Shown piece after piece: positions 9,171 through 18,547 of a stretch of 64,000 bases of DNA. The position numbers were made by a program, and so were the translations under genes. Within the stretch, counting starts at the first letter, position 1; each line of letters begins with the position of its first letter. Under the pieces are notes generated by a model that saw only the letters and a program-made list of their open reading frames with translations, did no database searches and was not told where the DNA came from. The stretch is from a bacterium (GTDB lineage Bacteria; RBG-13-61-14; DATKZS01), in NCBI GenBank assembly GCA_963674965.2, contig CAXXFL010000002.1:352001-416000 (forward strand). Direction: 5' to 3'.

Positions 9171-10622
9171 CGGCGTAAGCCGCGGGCTGAGTTCCCCTTG
9201 CCGCGTGGAATCCTGCCGCTCCGTTCGATCGCGATTAGAACCTCGTCAGACTCTTTTGCTTCCTAGACCCCCAGCCCGTTCGCTTCGCTCACCCACGCAA
9301 GATGCGTGGGCGACCCTGATTTGTGCCGTGGTTGGAAATCAGGCAATGAGCTTCAAGCCGGGGTCGCCCATGCATTCTGCATGGGCGGCGTAAGCCGCGG
9401 GCTGAGTTCCCCTCGCCGCGTGGAATTCTCCCGCTCCGTTCGATCACGATTAAAACCTCGTTAAACTCTTTTACTTCCTAGACCCCCAGCCCGTTCGCTT
9501 CGCTCACCCACGCAAGATGCGTGGGCGACCCTGATTTGTGCCGTGGTTGGAAATCAGGCAATGAGCTTCAAGCCGGGGTCGCCCATGCATTCTGCATGGG
9601 CGGCGTAAGCCGCGGGCTGAGTTTCCCTGGCCGCGTGGAATTCTCCCGCTCCGTTCGATCACGATTAAAACCTCGACAAATTCTTTTACTTCCTAGCCCC
9701 CCAGCCCGTTCGCTTCGCTCACCCACGCAAGATGCGTGGGCGACCCTGATTGAATATAGGAGTATCTGATTTCTGGTAAGGCGACAATTTTTAACATAAT
9801 ATGCTAGATTAAAGACCGTATTGAAGGAGGGGATATGAAATATATTTTATTGTTATTTTTACTTTTAATCACAACTAATTGTACATCATCATACAACAAT
9901 AGAGGAAATGACATGTTGAAAGATCAAATAAGCAAAGAGAAAATCGACAATCTAATAGAAGATGTACTTAAGGAAGATAAATTAGGCGGACAAATTAGTA
10001 ATCTTTACATAAGATATAATTATCTAAATGATGACATTCTGAGACTAAAGCCTGATGGCCGTATAAATGGCGTGGGACCCTGGAAATACGGATATTGGAT
10101 TATTACAGAAAAAACCAATAAAGAGTTTTCAATGCGGTATAGCTATGATATAAATAGGGCGGAAATATTGCACATATCCGTTGACTTCATGATTGATGGC
10201 GACTATAAGCCAATTAATTGGAGCATGATAATTTTAGCCCGAGAGAATCCATTATAATTATGGGTCGGGGTCGCCCATGCATTCTGCATGGGCGGCGTAA
10301 GCCTCGGGCTGAGTTCCCCTGGCCGCGTGGAATCCTTCCGCTCCGTTCGATCACGATAGAAACCTCGTCAAACTCTTTTACTTCCTAGCCCCCCAGCCCG
10401 TTCGCTTCGCTCACCCACGCAAGATGCGTGGGCGACCCTGATTTGTGCCGTGGTTGGAAATAAGTCAATGAGCTTCAAGCCGGGGTCGCCCATGCATTCT
10501 GCATGGGCGGCGTAAGCCGCGGGCTGAGTTTCCCTGGCCGCGTGGAATCCTGCCGCTCCGTTCGATCACGATAAAAACCTCGACAAATTCTTTTACTTCC
10601 GAGACCCCCAGCCCGTTCGCTT
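9171..10622. repeat. Tandem array of five 215-bp-period REPIN-like palindromic units interrupted by a cargo gene
   Basis: GGCGTAAGCC recurs at 9172, 9387, 9602, 10294 and 10509. Full 171-bp inverted-repeat units GGGTCGCCC...GGGCGACCC lie at 9361-9531, 9576-9746 and 10268-10438; the first and last units are truncated; 44-bp spacers at 9317-9360, 9532-9575 and 10439-10482. Confidence 0.95.
9835..10257 (+). CDS. Orphan AT-rich putative lipoprotein inside the repeat array
   Basis: GAAGGAGG RBS; MKYILLLFLLLITTNC signal peptide ending in Cys; 140 aa; no recognised family. Confidence 0.8.
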   Translation: MKYILLLFLLLITTNCTSSYNNRGNDMLKDQISKEKIDNLIEDVLKEDKLGGQISNLYIRYNYLNDDILRLKPDGRINGVGPWKYGYWIITEKTNKEFSMRYSYDINRAEILHISVDFMIDGDYKPINWSMIILARENPL

Positions 10623-10639
10623 TTCCGACCCTCCCGATA

Positions 10640-11803
10640 TTATCCGGCGACCGTTCTTACCAGCCGGCCTTCGGCCTTTCCTTTTTTCCTTTGAATTTTG
10701 ACGTAGGTCCTGCTAGGCTTGCCGCCCGTGTCCAGGGACTCGGCGGCGAAGGCGCCGTGGTTCAGGTAGGCGCCGGCCCGATGTCTCATTTCCTCGGCGC
10801 GGTGGACGTGTCCCATGACCACGATCTTCTGGCCGGTCTGGAAAATCCTCGAGGCGGCCCGGTGGCATGAGCGCCGGTGCCGGTCCCTGTATTCCTTCCT
10901 CCTGCCCGCGGGTTTGATCACTATGGCGGCGAAGGGAAGGCCGATCAGGAGCCAGGCGAGGGGCATGCCCAAAAGAGCGAACAGGAAAAGGGCCGCCACG
11001 GCAGCGGTTGACAGGTAGCGATCGATATACATGCGCCGGATGGCTTCACCCGCGCCGTGCATGGGCGACGCTTTGCCTTCTTCCTCAGGGGGGGGCGCGT
11101 CTTTTCGCCGGGCCGCCAGGCTTGCCTGGCAGGCGATCTTGAGCCCGGCCACCGGGTAGAGGGCTATCATCTTGAGCGCGTGCAGGCGATATTGCAAAAG
11201 CACTCGCGAGAGCACCTGGATGGGCGTTTTCTGCGAGTCCGTAAATGCCTCGTACCTTGGTATCCTGGAGAGGAGGTACTTGTTGACCAGGGTGCTGATG
11301 GGCAGGGCGCTGTCCCTTTTCTTTTGAAGCGCCGTCATTTCGTCAGGCCAGAAAAGGCAGTCCGGGTCATGGGCGTGTCCGTGCTCGACGTGTATTTCGT
11401 CGTCGATGAGGGACTCTCCGAACTTGAGGCTGGACTCGTCCGCTTGAAGCCTTTCGCGAATGGCTTGTCTTACCTCGGGCAAAGAGGTTTCCACGTCGTG
11501 GTTGCCGTGAATCCAGGTGACCGTTCCTCCCCGGACGAGATGCCGGGCAAGGGCCCGGGTGAAATCCGGATGCGAGTCAAGAATCTCGATCGCCCTTGCC
11601 GCGGCCGCCCTCGGGTCGAAACCGTCTCCCCGGCTTCCCTCGAACACCTCCAACTCGATCACGTCGCCGTTCAGCACCAGGTGAGGGACCGGGCCGGGAC
11701 CGGACGCCTCGTCCAGCAGCCTCGCGAAGTCCCTCGAGGCCCGGGCGTCCGATCCCGTCCGCAGATGAAGGTCACCCACGATAATATAGCTATCGGCCTT
11801 CAT
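10640..11803 (-). CDS. Calcineurin-like metallophosphoesterase with a hydrophobic membrane segment
   Basis: GDLH, NGDV, GNHD, HGH and GHVH motifs. Start trimmed to MKADSY (11803), which has a GAGGT RBS. Confidence 0.85.
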   Translation of the reverse strand: MKADSYIIVGDLHLRTGSDARASRDFARLLDEASGPGPVPHLVLNGDVIELEVFEGSRGDGFDPRAAAARAIEILDSHPDFTRALARHLVRGGTVTWIHGNHDVETSLPEVRQAIRERLQADESSLKFGESLIDDEIHVEHGHAHDPDCLFWPDEMTALQKKRDSALPISTLVNKYLLSRIPRYEAFTDSQKTPIQVLSRVLLQYRLHALKMIALYPVAGLKIACQASLAARRKDAPPPEEEGKASPMHGAGEAIRRMYIDRYLSTAAVAALFLFALLGMPLAWLLIGLPFAAIVIKPAGRRKEYRDRHRRSCHRAASRIFQTGQKIVVMGHVHRAEEMRHRAGAYLNHGAFAAESLDTGGKPSRTYVKIQRKKGKAEGRLVRTVAG

Positions 11804-11814
11804 GACGCCGGCGA

Positions 11815-13329
11815 TTACCTCGATACGGGGGCCCGGTCGTGGCCGTGCCTTTTTTGCTCGGGGCCATCCACCTTGGCCGCCTTGGAGTCCTTGCCTTCCT
11901 CCTCGAAGAACTTGCCCATCCTGTCGGAGAAAAACTCGTTCACGTCCAGATAGCCTAAAAAGGGAACGAACACCTTTCTGCCCGACTCGTAATCGGGCCC
12001 CTCCCAAACCGGATCGGACACCTTTTTGTAAGCCTGGGAATAGCGGTCTAAATGTGCCGTGACCACCGGGTCCTCGATGACCGACTCGCCGCCGTCATAA
12101 GTGGCGACCGCCCCGTGCTCCTTGGCCAGGGACCTCAGCACCTCGGGATGGTCGATGATCATGCAGCAGCGAAGCAGGTTCTGTGAGTAGGGCTGGGCCT
12201 TCCGAATGGCCTTGAAAAAGGGCGAGCGGAAAATCTCGGCCAGACTGTGGTCCTTGATGTTGTGGGTGGCGAACTGGGCGAAGGTGCAGGGCTGGACCAT
12301 GCCGTCGGGAGAAATGAAGCAATAACGGCTGGCGGCCATGCAGCCGGCTATGCAGGGACCGTCGTTCCAGAAGTCGCCGAAGAAGAAGGGCTTGGTTTTC
12401 CTCCACTCGACGATCTTTCCCCGCAGCTTGTCGCGCTGCTCGGGAGTGGGCATCATGGTCACGTCAGGGTCGCGGCCGATGGGGATATAGTTGAACATCC
12501 AGGCGAACAAGGCACCCTTGCCGATGCACATGTCGAGGAAATCGTCCGTGCAGATGGTGTCGCTGTTCTGCAGGGTGGGGGTGATGCTCACGCCGAACAT
12601 GACGCCGTGCTCGCGCAGGTTGTCCATGGCCCGCATGGTCTTGTCGAACACGCCCTCGCCCCGGCGGTCGTCGGTCAGTTCCCTGTAGCCCTCGATCGAG
12701 ATGGCGGGGAAAACGTTGCCAAGCTCGGCCAGGCGGGCCGCCGCCTTCTCGTCTATAAGCGTGCCGTTGGTATAGGTTAAAAAGGTCAGGTCGTTGAACT
12801 CCTCGAAGATTTCCATGATGCGCTTGTAGATGAAGGGCTCGCCGCCGGTAAGGGTGATGAAGCGCATGCCCAGATCGCGTCCCTCGGAAAGGGCGCGGCG
12901 GAGAAGGTCGTGGTCCATGGTTTCCCGGTTGTATTTATAGGCCCAGCAACCCTTGCAGCGAAGGTTGCAGGCCATGGTGGGATTGAGGACCATGGTGAAA
13001 GGAGGAAGGAACCCCTCGTCGAAAAGAGGGTTGAACACGATCTCTTTCCTCTTGGCCACCACGGAGATGATGAGGTTCTCGACGAACTTTTTCCACGGCG
13101 TCTCGCCCAGGCTCGAGGCCGTCCTCAGCGCCCAGCCGATGAACATGGGGTTGTCGTTTAATAACTTTTCCAGGTACGCCTCGACCCGGCCGGAAAGTTG
13201 CGAGTCCCCCGAGCCGTTCCCCTTTATTTCGCCCGCGCTGCCCGCGACCCTCGCGATGGCGCCGTTTATCTCTTCCTGAGTAAGTCCGGCCATCCTGCCG
13301 GCCTCCATAATCTTTTCCAATGTCCGCAT
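11815..13329 (-). CDS. Radical SAM protein with SPASM/twitch-like C-terminus
   Basis: CNLRCKGC, TGGEP, TNGT, GCMA...QPC...CCMII; AGGAGG RBS. Confidence 0.9.
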   Translation of the reverse strand: MRTLEKIMEAGRMAGLTQEEINGAIARVAGSAGEIKGNGSGDSQLSGRVEAYLEKLLNDNPMFIGWALRTASSLGETPWKKFVENLIISVVAKRKEIVFNPLFDEGFLPPFTMVLNPTMACNLRCKGCWAYKYNRETMDHDLLRRALSEGRDLGMRFITLTGGEPFIYKRIMEIFEEFNDLTFLTYTNGTLIDEKAAARLAELGNVFPAISIEGYRELTDDRRGEGVFDKTMRAMDNLREHGVMFGVSITPTLQNSDTICTDDFLDMCIGKGALFAWMFNYIPIGRDPDVTMMPTPEQRDKLRGKIVEWRKTKPFFFGDFWNDGPCIAGCMAASRYCFISPDGMVQPCTFAQFATHNIKDHSLAEIFRSPFFKAIRKAQPYSQNLLRCCMIIDHPEVLRSLAKEHGAVATYDGGESVIEDPVVTAHLDRYSQAYKKVSDPVWEGPDYESGRKVFVPFLGYLDVNEFFSDRMGKFFEEEGKDSKAAKVDGPEQKRHGHDRAPVSR

Positions 13330-13437
13330 AATTCCTCCTGAAAGCGAAAAAGCGCGTCAAGTCGCGCGCTTGCCCGTCTTCTCCTTTTTTTCTTCGCCGA
13401 GCCAAATTTCACTCGGCTCTCTTTTTGTCCCGCTTGA

Positions 13438-13766
13438 TTTAACCCCTGGTAAAACCCTGTTCTATGGAGCCATAAGTAAATGATAAATATATTAAACCGC
13501 CTTCTAGCGGGTCGTCTTCGTCGTTTTTTCGACCTCTTTTTATCCTACAAGTTTCAAAAATATGATTGAATTTGCAATCGGCTAAATCCCCATTAAACCC
13601 TTTTACCTAAGGGTAAAGATATTTTACCAACCAGTAAGTAAATTATAAAATATTCTGAAAACAAGTTTAACCGGGTGGTAATAAACCCCGACATATTTTT
13701 TTTATGGTGGTAGTCTAGACCCTCAAGAAGCGTTTGTCAAGTAACTTATGCTTACCGTATGGTTAA
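13438..13766. promoter_or_regulatory. Five copies of the palindrome TTTACC-N4-GGTAAA (putative transcription-factor operators)
   Basis: TTTAAC-CCCT-GGTAAA (13438), TTTACC-TAAG-GGTAAA (13602), TTTACC-AACC-AGTAAG (13623), TTAACC-GGGT-GGTAAT (13667), CTTACC-GTAT-GGTTAA (13751), in an AT-rich divergent intergenic region. Confidence 0.65.
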
Positions 13767-14119
13767 ATAACAAATTGAAAATAAATGAATATTCCAGAAT
13801 AATGTTTGTTCGGCGAGCGGTTGCAGAATATGCAAAACATAGAATTGGCCGGGATTAAAATATTATGATAAATCGGAGGCAATACGCCGAATAAAAAAAG
13901 AGACAACGATAATCGACTTGAAAAAAATACTATATAATTATAATCAGACGTGACGGTAATCAACTTGGTCGCGCGACTCATTTGATAAGGCCCCTCAATA
14001 CAAGATTTTTCAATTTTCCTCGGATAACCTTCGTTCCCAACCATGCGTCTATTGACCGCGCAAAAAATATGCATGGCGCACCGGCCTGTGTTATACAAGG
14101 AGAAAAGGAGGAACGGACA

Positions 14120-15847
14120 ATGGCCAAAAGGGCAGGATCGCGGTTCGCCATCGGCGTTGATTACGGGACCAACAGTGTAAGGGCGCTTATAGTCGATTTG
14201 AATGCCGGCGCGGACGTCTCGAGCCGCTTTTACAATTACCCCTCCGGCAAGAGCGGAATCTTGCTGGACCCCAAGGACCCCAATCTGGCGCGACAAAACC
14301 CGGCCGATTATATCAAGGGTTTTTTCGCCGCCGTCGGGGGCGCCGTAAAGGAGGCGGGCAAAAAGAAAGGTTTCGATCCTTCCCGGGTGGTGGGCATAGG
14401 CGTCGACTGCACCGGCTCGACGCCGCTTCCAGTGGACGAGCGTTGCGTGCCCCTGGCCATGAACAAGCGCTTTGCCAATAACATGGCGGCCCACGCCTGG
14501 CTGTGGAAGGACCATACTTCTCATGAAGAAGCGGCTATGATTACGGACAAGGCGGCCAGATCGGGAGCGCCGTATCTGAACAAGTGCGGCGGCGTCTATT
14601 CCTCCGAGTGGTTCTGGTCGAAGATTTTCCACTGCCAAAGGACGGCGCCGGCCGTGTTCAAGGCGGCTTATTCCTGGGTCGAGTGCTGCGACTTCGTGCC
14701 CGCCTATCTGACGGGATGTGAGGACCCGCTCAAGATCAAGCGGAGCGTCTGCGCCGCCGGCCATAAGGCCATGTTCAACCAGGAATGGGGCGGACTGCCG
14801 TCCAAGGCGTTCCTTAAAAAGCTCTCGCCCGAGATGGCGGACCTGCGTGACAGGCTCTACTCCGAGGCCCTGCCGTCGGACCGGATAGCCGGAGTGCTTG
14901 CCGACAAGATAGCCGCCAAAGTGGGTCTGGGCCCAGGAATACCCGTGGCCGTGGGCGCTCTTGACGCGCACATGGGGGCCGTGGGCTCGGGCATAAAGCC
15001 CGGAACCCTGGTCAAGATCATCGGGACCTCGACCTGCGACATGATGGTGGCGCCCATGGACAAGGAGTTGGCCGACATTCCCGGTCTTTGCGGCGTGGCC
15101 CCCGGCTCGATCGTCCCTTCCATGTACGGCATCGAGGCCGGGCAGTCGGCGGTGGGAGACGTTTTCAACTGGTTCGTCGAGGAGCTTTGTCCTCCCAGCT
15201 ACCTGAAGGGAGACCCTCACGCCCAGTTGACCAGGGCCGCTGAAAAACTGGCGCCCGGCGAAAGCGGACTTTTGGCCCTGGACTGGAATAACGGCAACCG
15301 CACGGTGTTGGTCGATCCACTTTTAACCGGGCTTCTGGTGGGCCATACCCTCCACACCACCGCCCCCGAGATATATCGCGCCCTTATCGAGGCCACCGCC
15401 TTTGGCGCGCTGACCATAGTAAAAAGGATCGAGGAGTACGGGGTTAAGGTAAAGGAGATCGTCAACTGCGGCGGCATAGCCGAAAAAAATCCTTTCCTTA
15501 TGCAGATATACGCCGACGTGCTCGACGGGCCCATGAAGGTCAGCGCCCACGGCCAGACCTGCGCCCTCGGCGCCGCCATCTTCGGTTCGGTGGTGGGCGG
15601 CCATTTCAAGACGGTCATGGAGGCGGAAAAACGTTTAACCAAAACCAAGCCCGATTACTATAAACCCAATAAAAAGAGCGTCCAGGTATATAAAAAGCTC
15701 TATCCTCTTTATTTAATGTTGCACGACGCCATGGGTACGCCATCTCACCAGGGTGAATTAAAAAGCGTTATGAAGGACCTTATAAAGATTCGTGACGAGG
15801 CAAGGGTAGGAGCGGGGAAGACCGATCGTAAGCGAAAGTCCAAATAA
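14120..15847 (+). CDS. araB: L-ribulokinase (FGGY family)
   Basis: IGVDYGTNSVRA, ARQNPADY, LWKDHT, YSSEWFWSK, ALDWNNGNRTVLVD; AAGGAGG RBS before ATG 14120. Confidence 0.9.
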   Translation: MAKRAGSRFAIGVDYGTNSVRALIVDLNAGADVSSRFYNYPSGKSGILLDPKDPNLARQNPADYIKGFFAAVGGAVKEAGKKKGFDPSRVVGIGVDCTGSTPLPVDERCVPLAMNKRFANNMAAHAWLWKDHTSHEEAAMITDKAARSGAPYLNKCGGVYSSEWFWSKIFHCQRTAPAVFKAAYSWVECCDFVPAYLTGCEDPLKIKRSVCAAGHKAMFNQEWGGLPSKAFLKKLSPEMADLRDRLYSEALPSDRIAGVLADKIAAKVGLGPGIPVAVGALDAHMGAVGSGIKPGTLVKIIGTSTCDMMVAPMDKELADIPGLCGVAPGSIVPSMYGIEAGQSAVGDVFNWFVEELCPPSYLKGDPHAQLTRAAEKLAPGESGLLALDWNNGNRTVLVDPLLTGLLVGHTLHTTAPEIYRALIEATAFGALTIVKRIEEYGVKVKEIVNCGGIAEKNPFLMQIYADVLDGPMKVSAHGQTCALGAAIFGSVVGGHFKTVMEAEKRLTKTKPDYYKPNKKSVQVYKKLYPLYLMLHDAMGTPSHQGELKSVMKDLIKIRDEARVGAGKTDRKRKSK

Positions 15848-15923
15848 CGGCGTTTTACTAAATAATACAAAGGGTATCGCTTGACGCCCGCCTCGTTTTC
15901 CCCGGCGCGTTTTAGTTAAATAC

Positions 15924-15952
15924 TTGTAATAACCGCTTATTTATGCTAAAAA
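15924..15952 (+). promoter_or_regulatory. Putative sigma70 promoter with extended -10 for the kor-hdr operon
   Basis: TTGTAA, 17-bp spacer ending in TGC, then TAAAAT. Confidence 0.5.
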
Positions 15953-16053
15953 TCTTAAGGGGACGGGCCCGGCTTGTCCGATCTACATGGTTTAACCGCG
16001 AGATTTTCCCGATACTGAAAATTAACTTCGCGCGATTTAAGGGGAGAGTGTGC

Positions 16054-16326
16054 ATGAAATATTGGAGGACTCCGCTTGACGTTAACCAGATAAACGCCAC
16101 CCGGGGCAAAGTCGTCATCATCGTCGATCGCTGCAAGGGTTGCGAATTCTGCGTGGAATTCTGTCCAAGGGGCGTGTTGAGGATGTCCTCCGATTTCAAC
16201 GCCAAGGGGTATCATCCTCCCGAGGTCGCCGACGAGTCGCGGTGCGTCAATTGTCATTTCTGCGAGATTCTCTGCCCGGAATTCGCGATCTTCTCGATCG
16301 AGTCGTCGGGTACGGAAGCCGCCTAG
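16054..16326 (+). CDS. korD: 2-oxoacid:ferredoxin oxidoreductase delta subunit (2x[4Fe-4S] ferredoxin)
   Basis: CKGCEFCVEFCP and CVNCHFCEILCP with NAKGYHPP; start trimmed to MKYWR. Confidence 0.85.
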   Translation: MKYWRTPLDVNQINATRGKVVIIVDRCKGCEFCVEFCPRGVLRMSSDFNAKGYHPPEVADESRCVNCHFCEILCPEFAIFSIESSGTEAA

Positions 16327-16484
16327 CGTCCTGGCTCGTCCCGGTACGGGGCGATGGGGCGCGGCCGACTTCTTTCCCGCGCGGACCGGAGTAATTAAGG
16401 CACAAAAATCACAGCGTTCGAATTGCCGGTCCCGATAAAAACGATCTTCTCCGCCTTGGCGGGGATGGAATTGGAGGAGCCAAA

Positions 16485-17654
16485 TTGGCCGGAAAAGCGG
16501 TACTGACTGGAGTGCATTTCCTTAACGGAGACTACGCCTGCTCGGAGGGCGCGCTTGCCGCCGGTTGCCTTTTTTTCGGCGGGTATCCCATAACGCCCGC
16601 CACCGAGGTAGCCGAGCGCATGGCCCGCCGACTTCCCCAGGTGGGCGGAGTGTACATCCAGATGGAGGATGAGATCGCCTCGATGGCCTCGATCCTGGGG
16701 GCCAGTTGGGGTGGGAAAAAATCCATGACCAGCACCTCCGGTCCGGGGTTCTCGCTTATGATGGAAAACATCGGGCTCGGCCTGTGTACCGAGACGCCCT
16801 GCGTGGTCTGCAACGTGCAAAGGGCAGGACCCAGCACCGGCCTTCCCACCCTGGTGGGGCAGGGAGACATGATGCAGGCCAGGTGGGGTTCCCACGGCCC
16901 TTACGAGACGATCGCCGTGGCCCCCTCCAGCCCCCAGGAGATGTTCGACTTCACCGTCTGGGCCTTCAACCTGTCCGAGAAATACCGCACCCCGGTCATG
17001 ATCATGGCTGACGAGGTGGTGGGCCACATGACGGAGAAGGTGGTCATTCCTCCCGAGGACGAGATCGAGATAGTAAACCGGAAAAAACCCGAGCATCCGC
17101 CGGAGAAATACGAGCCCTATTTTTATCCCTATAAGGCCGGCCCCGACGGCATAGCGCCCATGGCCAACTTCGGCGAGGGCTACAACGTGCACATCACCGG
17201 CCTTACTCACGACGAGCGGGGATACCCGGGCATGGACCCGGTGACCCAGGTCCACATGGTCGAGAGGATAGTCAATAAGATCAGGAACAACGTGGACGAT
17301 ATTATCGACTACGATCTTTTCATGATGGACGGGGCCGAGGCGGCCGTGGTGGCCTACGGCATAAGCGCCCGGAGCGCCAAGCGGGCGGTCAAGGACCTTC
17401 GCGCCGAGGGAAAAAAGGTGGGCCTTATCAAGCTCAACTCGGTCTGGCCCTTCCCGGAGAGTTTCTTTCGGGGACTGGCCAAGGACGTGAAGGCCATGGT
17501 CATGCCCGAGATCAACCTGGGCCAGATGGTCCTCGAGCTGGAAAGGTGCGCCGCCGGCAATTGCCTGGTAAAACTGGTCGGTCACGCCGGCGGGGCCATT
17601 ATCAGCCCCAAGACCATCAAGCTGGCCGTGGAGCGGGCGTTAAAGGAGGCGTGA
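16485..17654 (+). CDS. korA: 2-oxoacid:ferredoxin oxidoreductase alpha subunit
   Basis: GYPITPATE, QMEDEIAS, TSGPGFSLM, QRAGPSTGLPT; TTG start after GGAGG. Substrate not determinable from sequence. Confidence 0.92.
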   Translation: MAGKAVLTGVHFLNGDYACSEGALAAGCLFFGGYPITPATEVAERMARRLPQVGGVYIQMEDEIASMASILGASWGGKKSMTSTSGPGFSLMMENIGLGLCTETPCVVCNVQRAGPSTGLPTLVGQGDMMQARWGSHGPYETIAVAPSSPQEMFDFTVWAFNLSEKYRTPVMIMADEVVGHMTEKVVIPPEDEIEIVNRKKPEHPPEKYEPYFYPYKAGPDGIAPMANFGEGYNVHITGLTHDERGYPGMDPVTQVHMVERIVNKIRNNVDDIIDYDLFMMDGAEAAVVAYGISARSAKRAVKDLRAEGKKVGLIKLNSVWPFPESFFRGLAKDVKAMVMPEINLGQMVLELERCAAGNCLVKLVGHAGGAIISPKTIKLAVERALKEA

Positions 17655-18547
17655 TGAGCGTCAAGACGAAAGGCAACGTTCCCTCCCATCCTCAGGACGA
17701 GCTCCTGCGGACGGACAGGATTCCCCATATCTGGTGCTCGGGCTGCGGGATTGGAACCGTATTCAGCTCACTTATGTCGGGCATAAAAAAGTCGGAGGTC
17801 CCTCTTAACGAGGTCGCCGTCGTGTCCGGAATCGGATGCACGGGCAGGATGGCGGGCTATATCAGGCTCGACTCCTTTCATACCACCCACGGCCGGGCCA
17901 TACCCTTCGCCACCGGGCTCAAGCTCGCGAGGCCAGACTCGAAGGTCATCGTGGCCAGCGGGGACGGAGACCTGCTCGCCATAGGCGGCAACCATTTCAT
18001 CCACGCCGCCAGACGGAACCTGGACCTGACGGTCATCTGCGTCAACAACTTCAACTACGGCATGACCGGAGGCCAGATGGCGCCCAGCACTCCCTTTGGC
18101 GCCAAGACCACCACCAGCGCCATGGGCAACCCTGAGGAACCCTTTAATTTCTGTCAGCTCGCCGCCGCCTGCGGGGCGACCTACGTGGCCAGATGGACCT
18201 CGCTTCACCTTCGCAGGCTCACGGACTCGATCAGGGAGGCCATGGATAAAAGAGGCTTTTCCTTTATCGAGGTGCTCGCGCCTTGTCCCACCTCATTCGG
18301 AAGAAGGAATAAGATGCGCAAAGCCCTGGATATCGCCAGGTTCTATCATGAAAAGTCCGTCATCAAAAACGATATCGACCCCAGCGGGGCCGATCTCGAC
18401 TTCGGGAAAAACATTGTCTGCGGAAGGTTCGTCGATTCTCTAAGACCGACCTTCCTCGATAATTACGGGGCCATAAACAGAAAAGAAATCGGAGACTGGC
18501 CCAACCTGGATAACCAGAAAAAACCCTCGGAAAGGAAAACCGGATGA
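17654..18547 (+). CDS. korB: 2-oxoacid:ferredoxin oxidoreductase beta subunit
   Basis: WCSGCG, SGIGC, HGRA, GDGD, YGMTGGQ TPP-binding motifs; start trimmed to ATG 17654. Confidence 0.92.
   Translation: MSVKTKGNVPSHPQDELLRTDRIPHIWCSGCGIGTVFSSLMSGIKKSEVPLNEVAVVSGIGCTGRMAGYIRLDSFHTTHGRAIPFATGLKLARPDSKVIVASGDGDLLAIGGNHFIHAARRNLDLTVICVNNFNYGMTGGQMAPSTPFGAKTTTSAMGNPEEPFNFCQLAAACGATYVARWTSLHLRRLTDSIREAMDKRGFSFIEVLAPCPTSFGRRNKMRKALDIARFYHEKSVIKNDIDPSGADLDFGKNIVCGRFVDSLRPTFLDNYGAINRKEIGDWPNLDNQKKPSERKTG

Noticed and set aside
9148-9769. Short ORFs 9148-9393 and 9521-9769
   Set aside because: They are translations of the palindromic repeat; the 215-bp period is not a multiple of 3.
9171-10622. CRISPR array
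   Set aside because: Repeats are 171 bp, the spacers are nearly identical to each other, and no cas genes are present.
9171-10622. Integron attC cassette array
   Set aside because: Unit ends are GGGTCGCCC/GGGCGACCC, not RYYYAAC/GTTRRRY, and there is no intI in the window.
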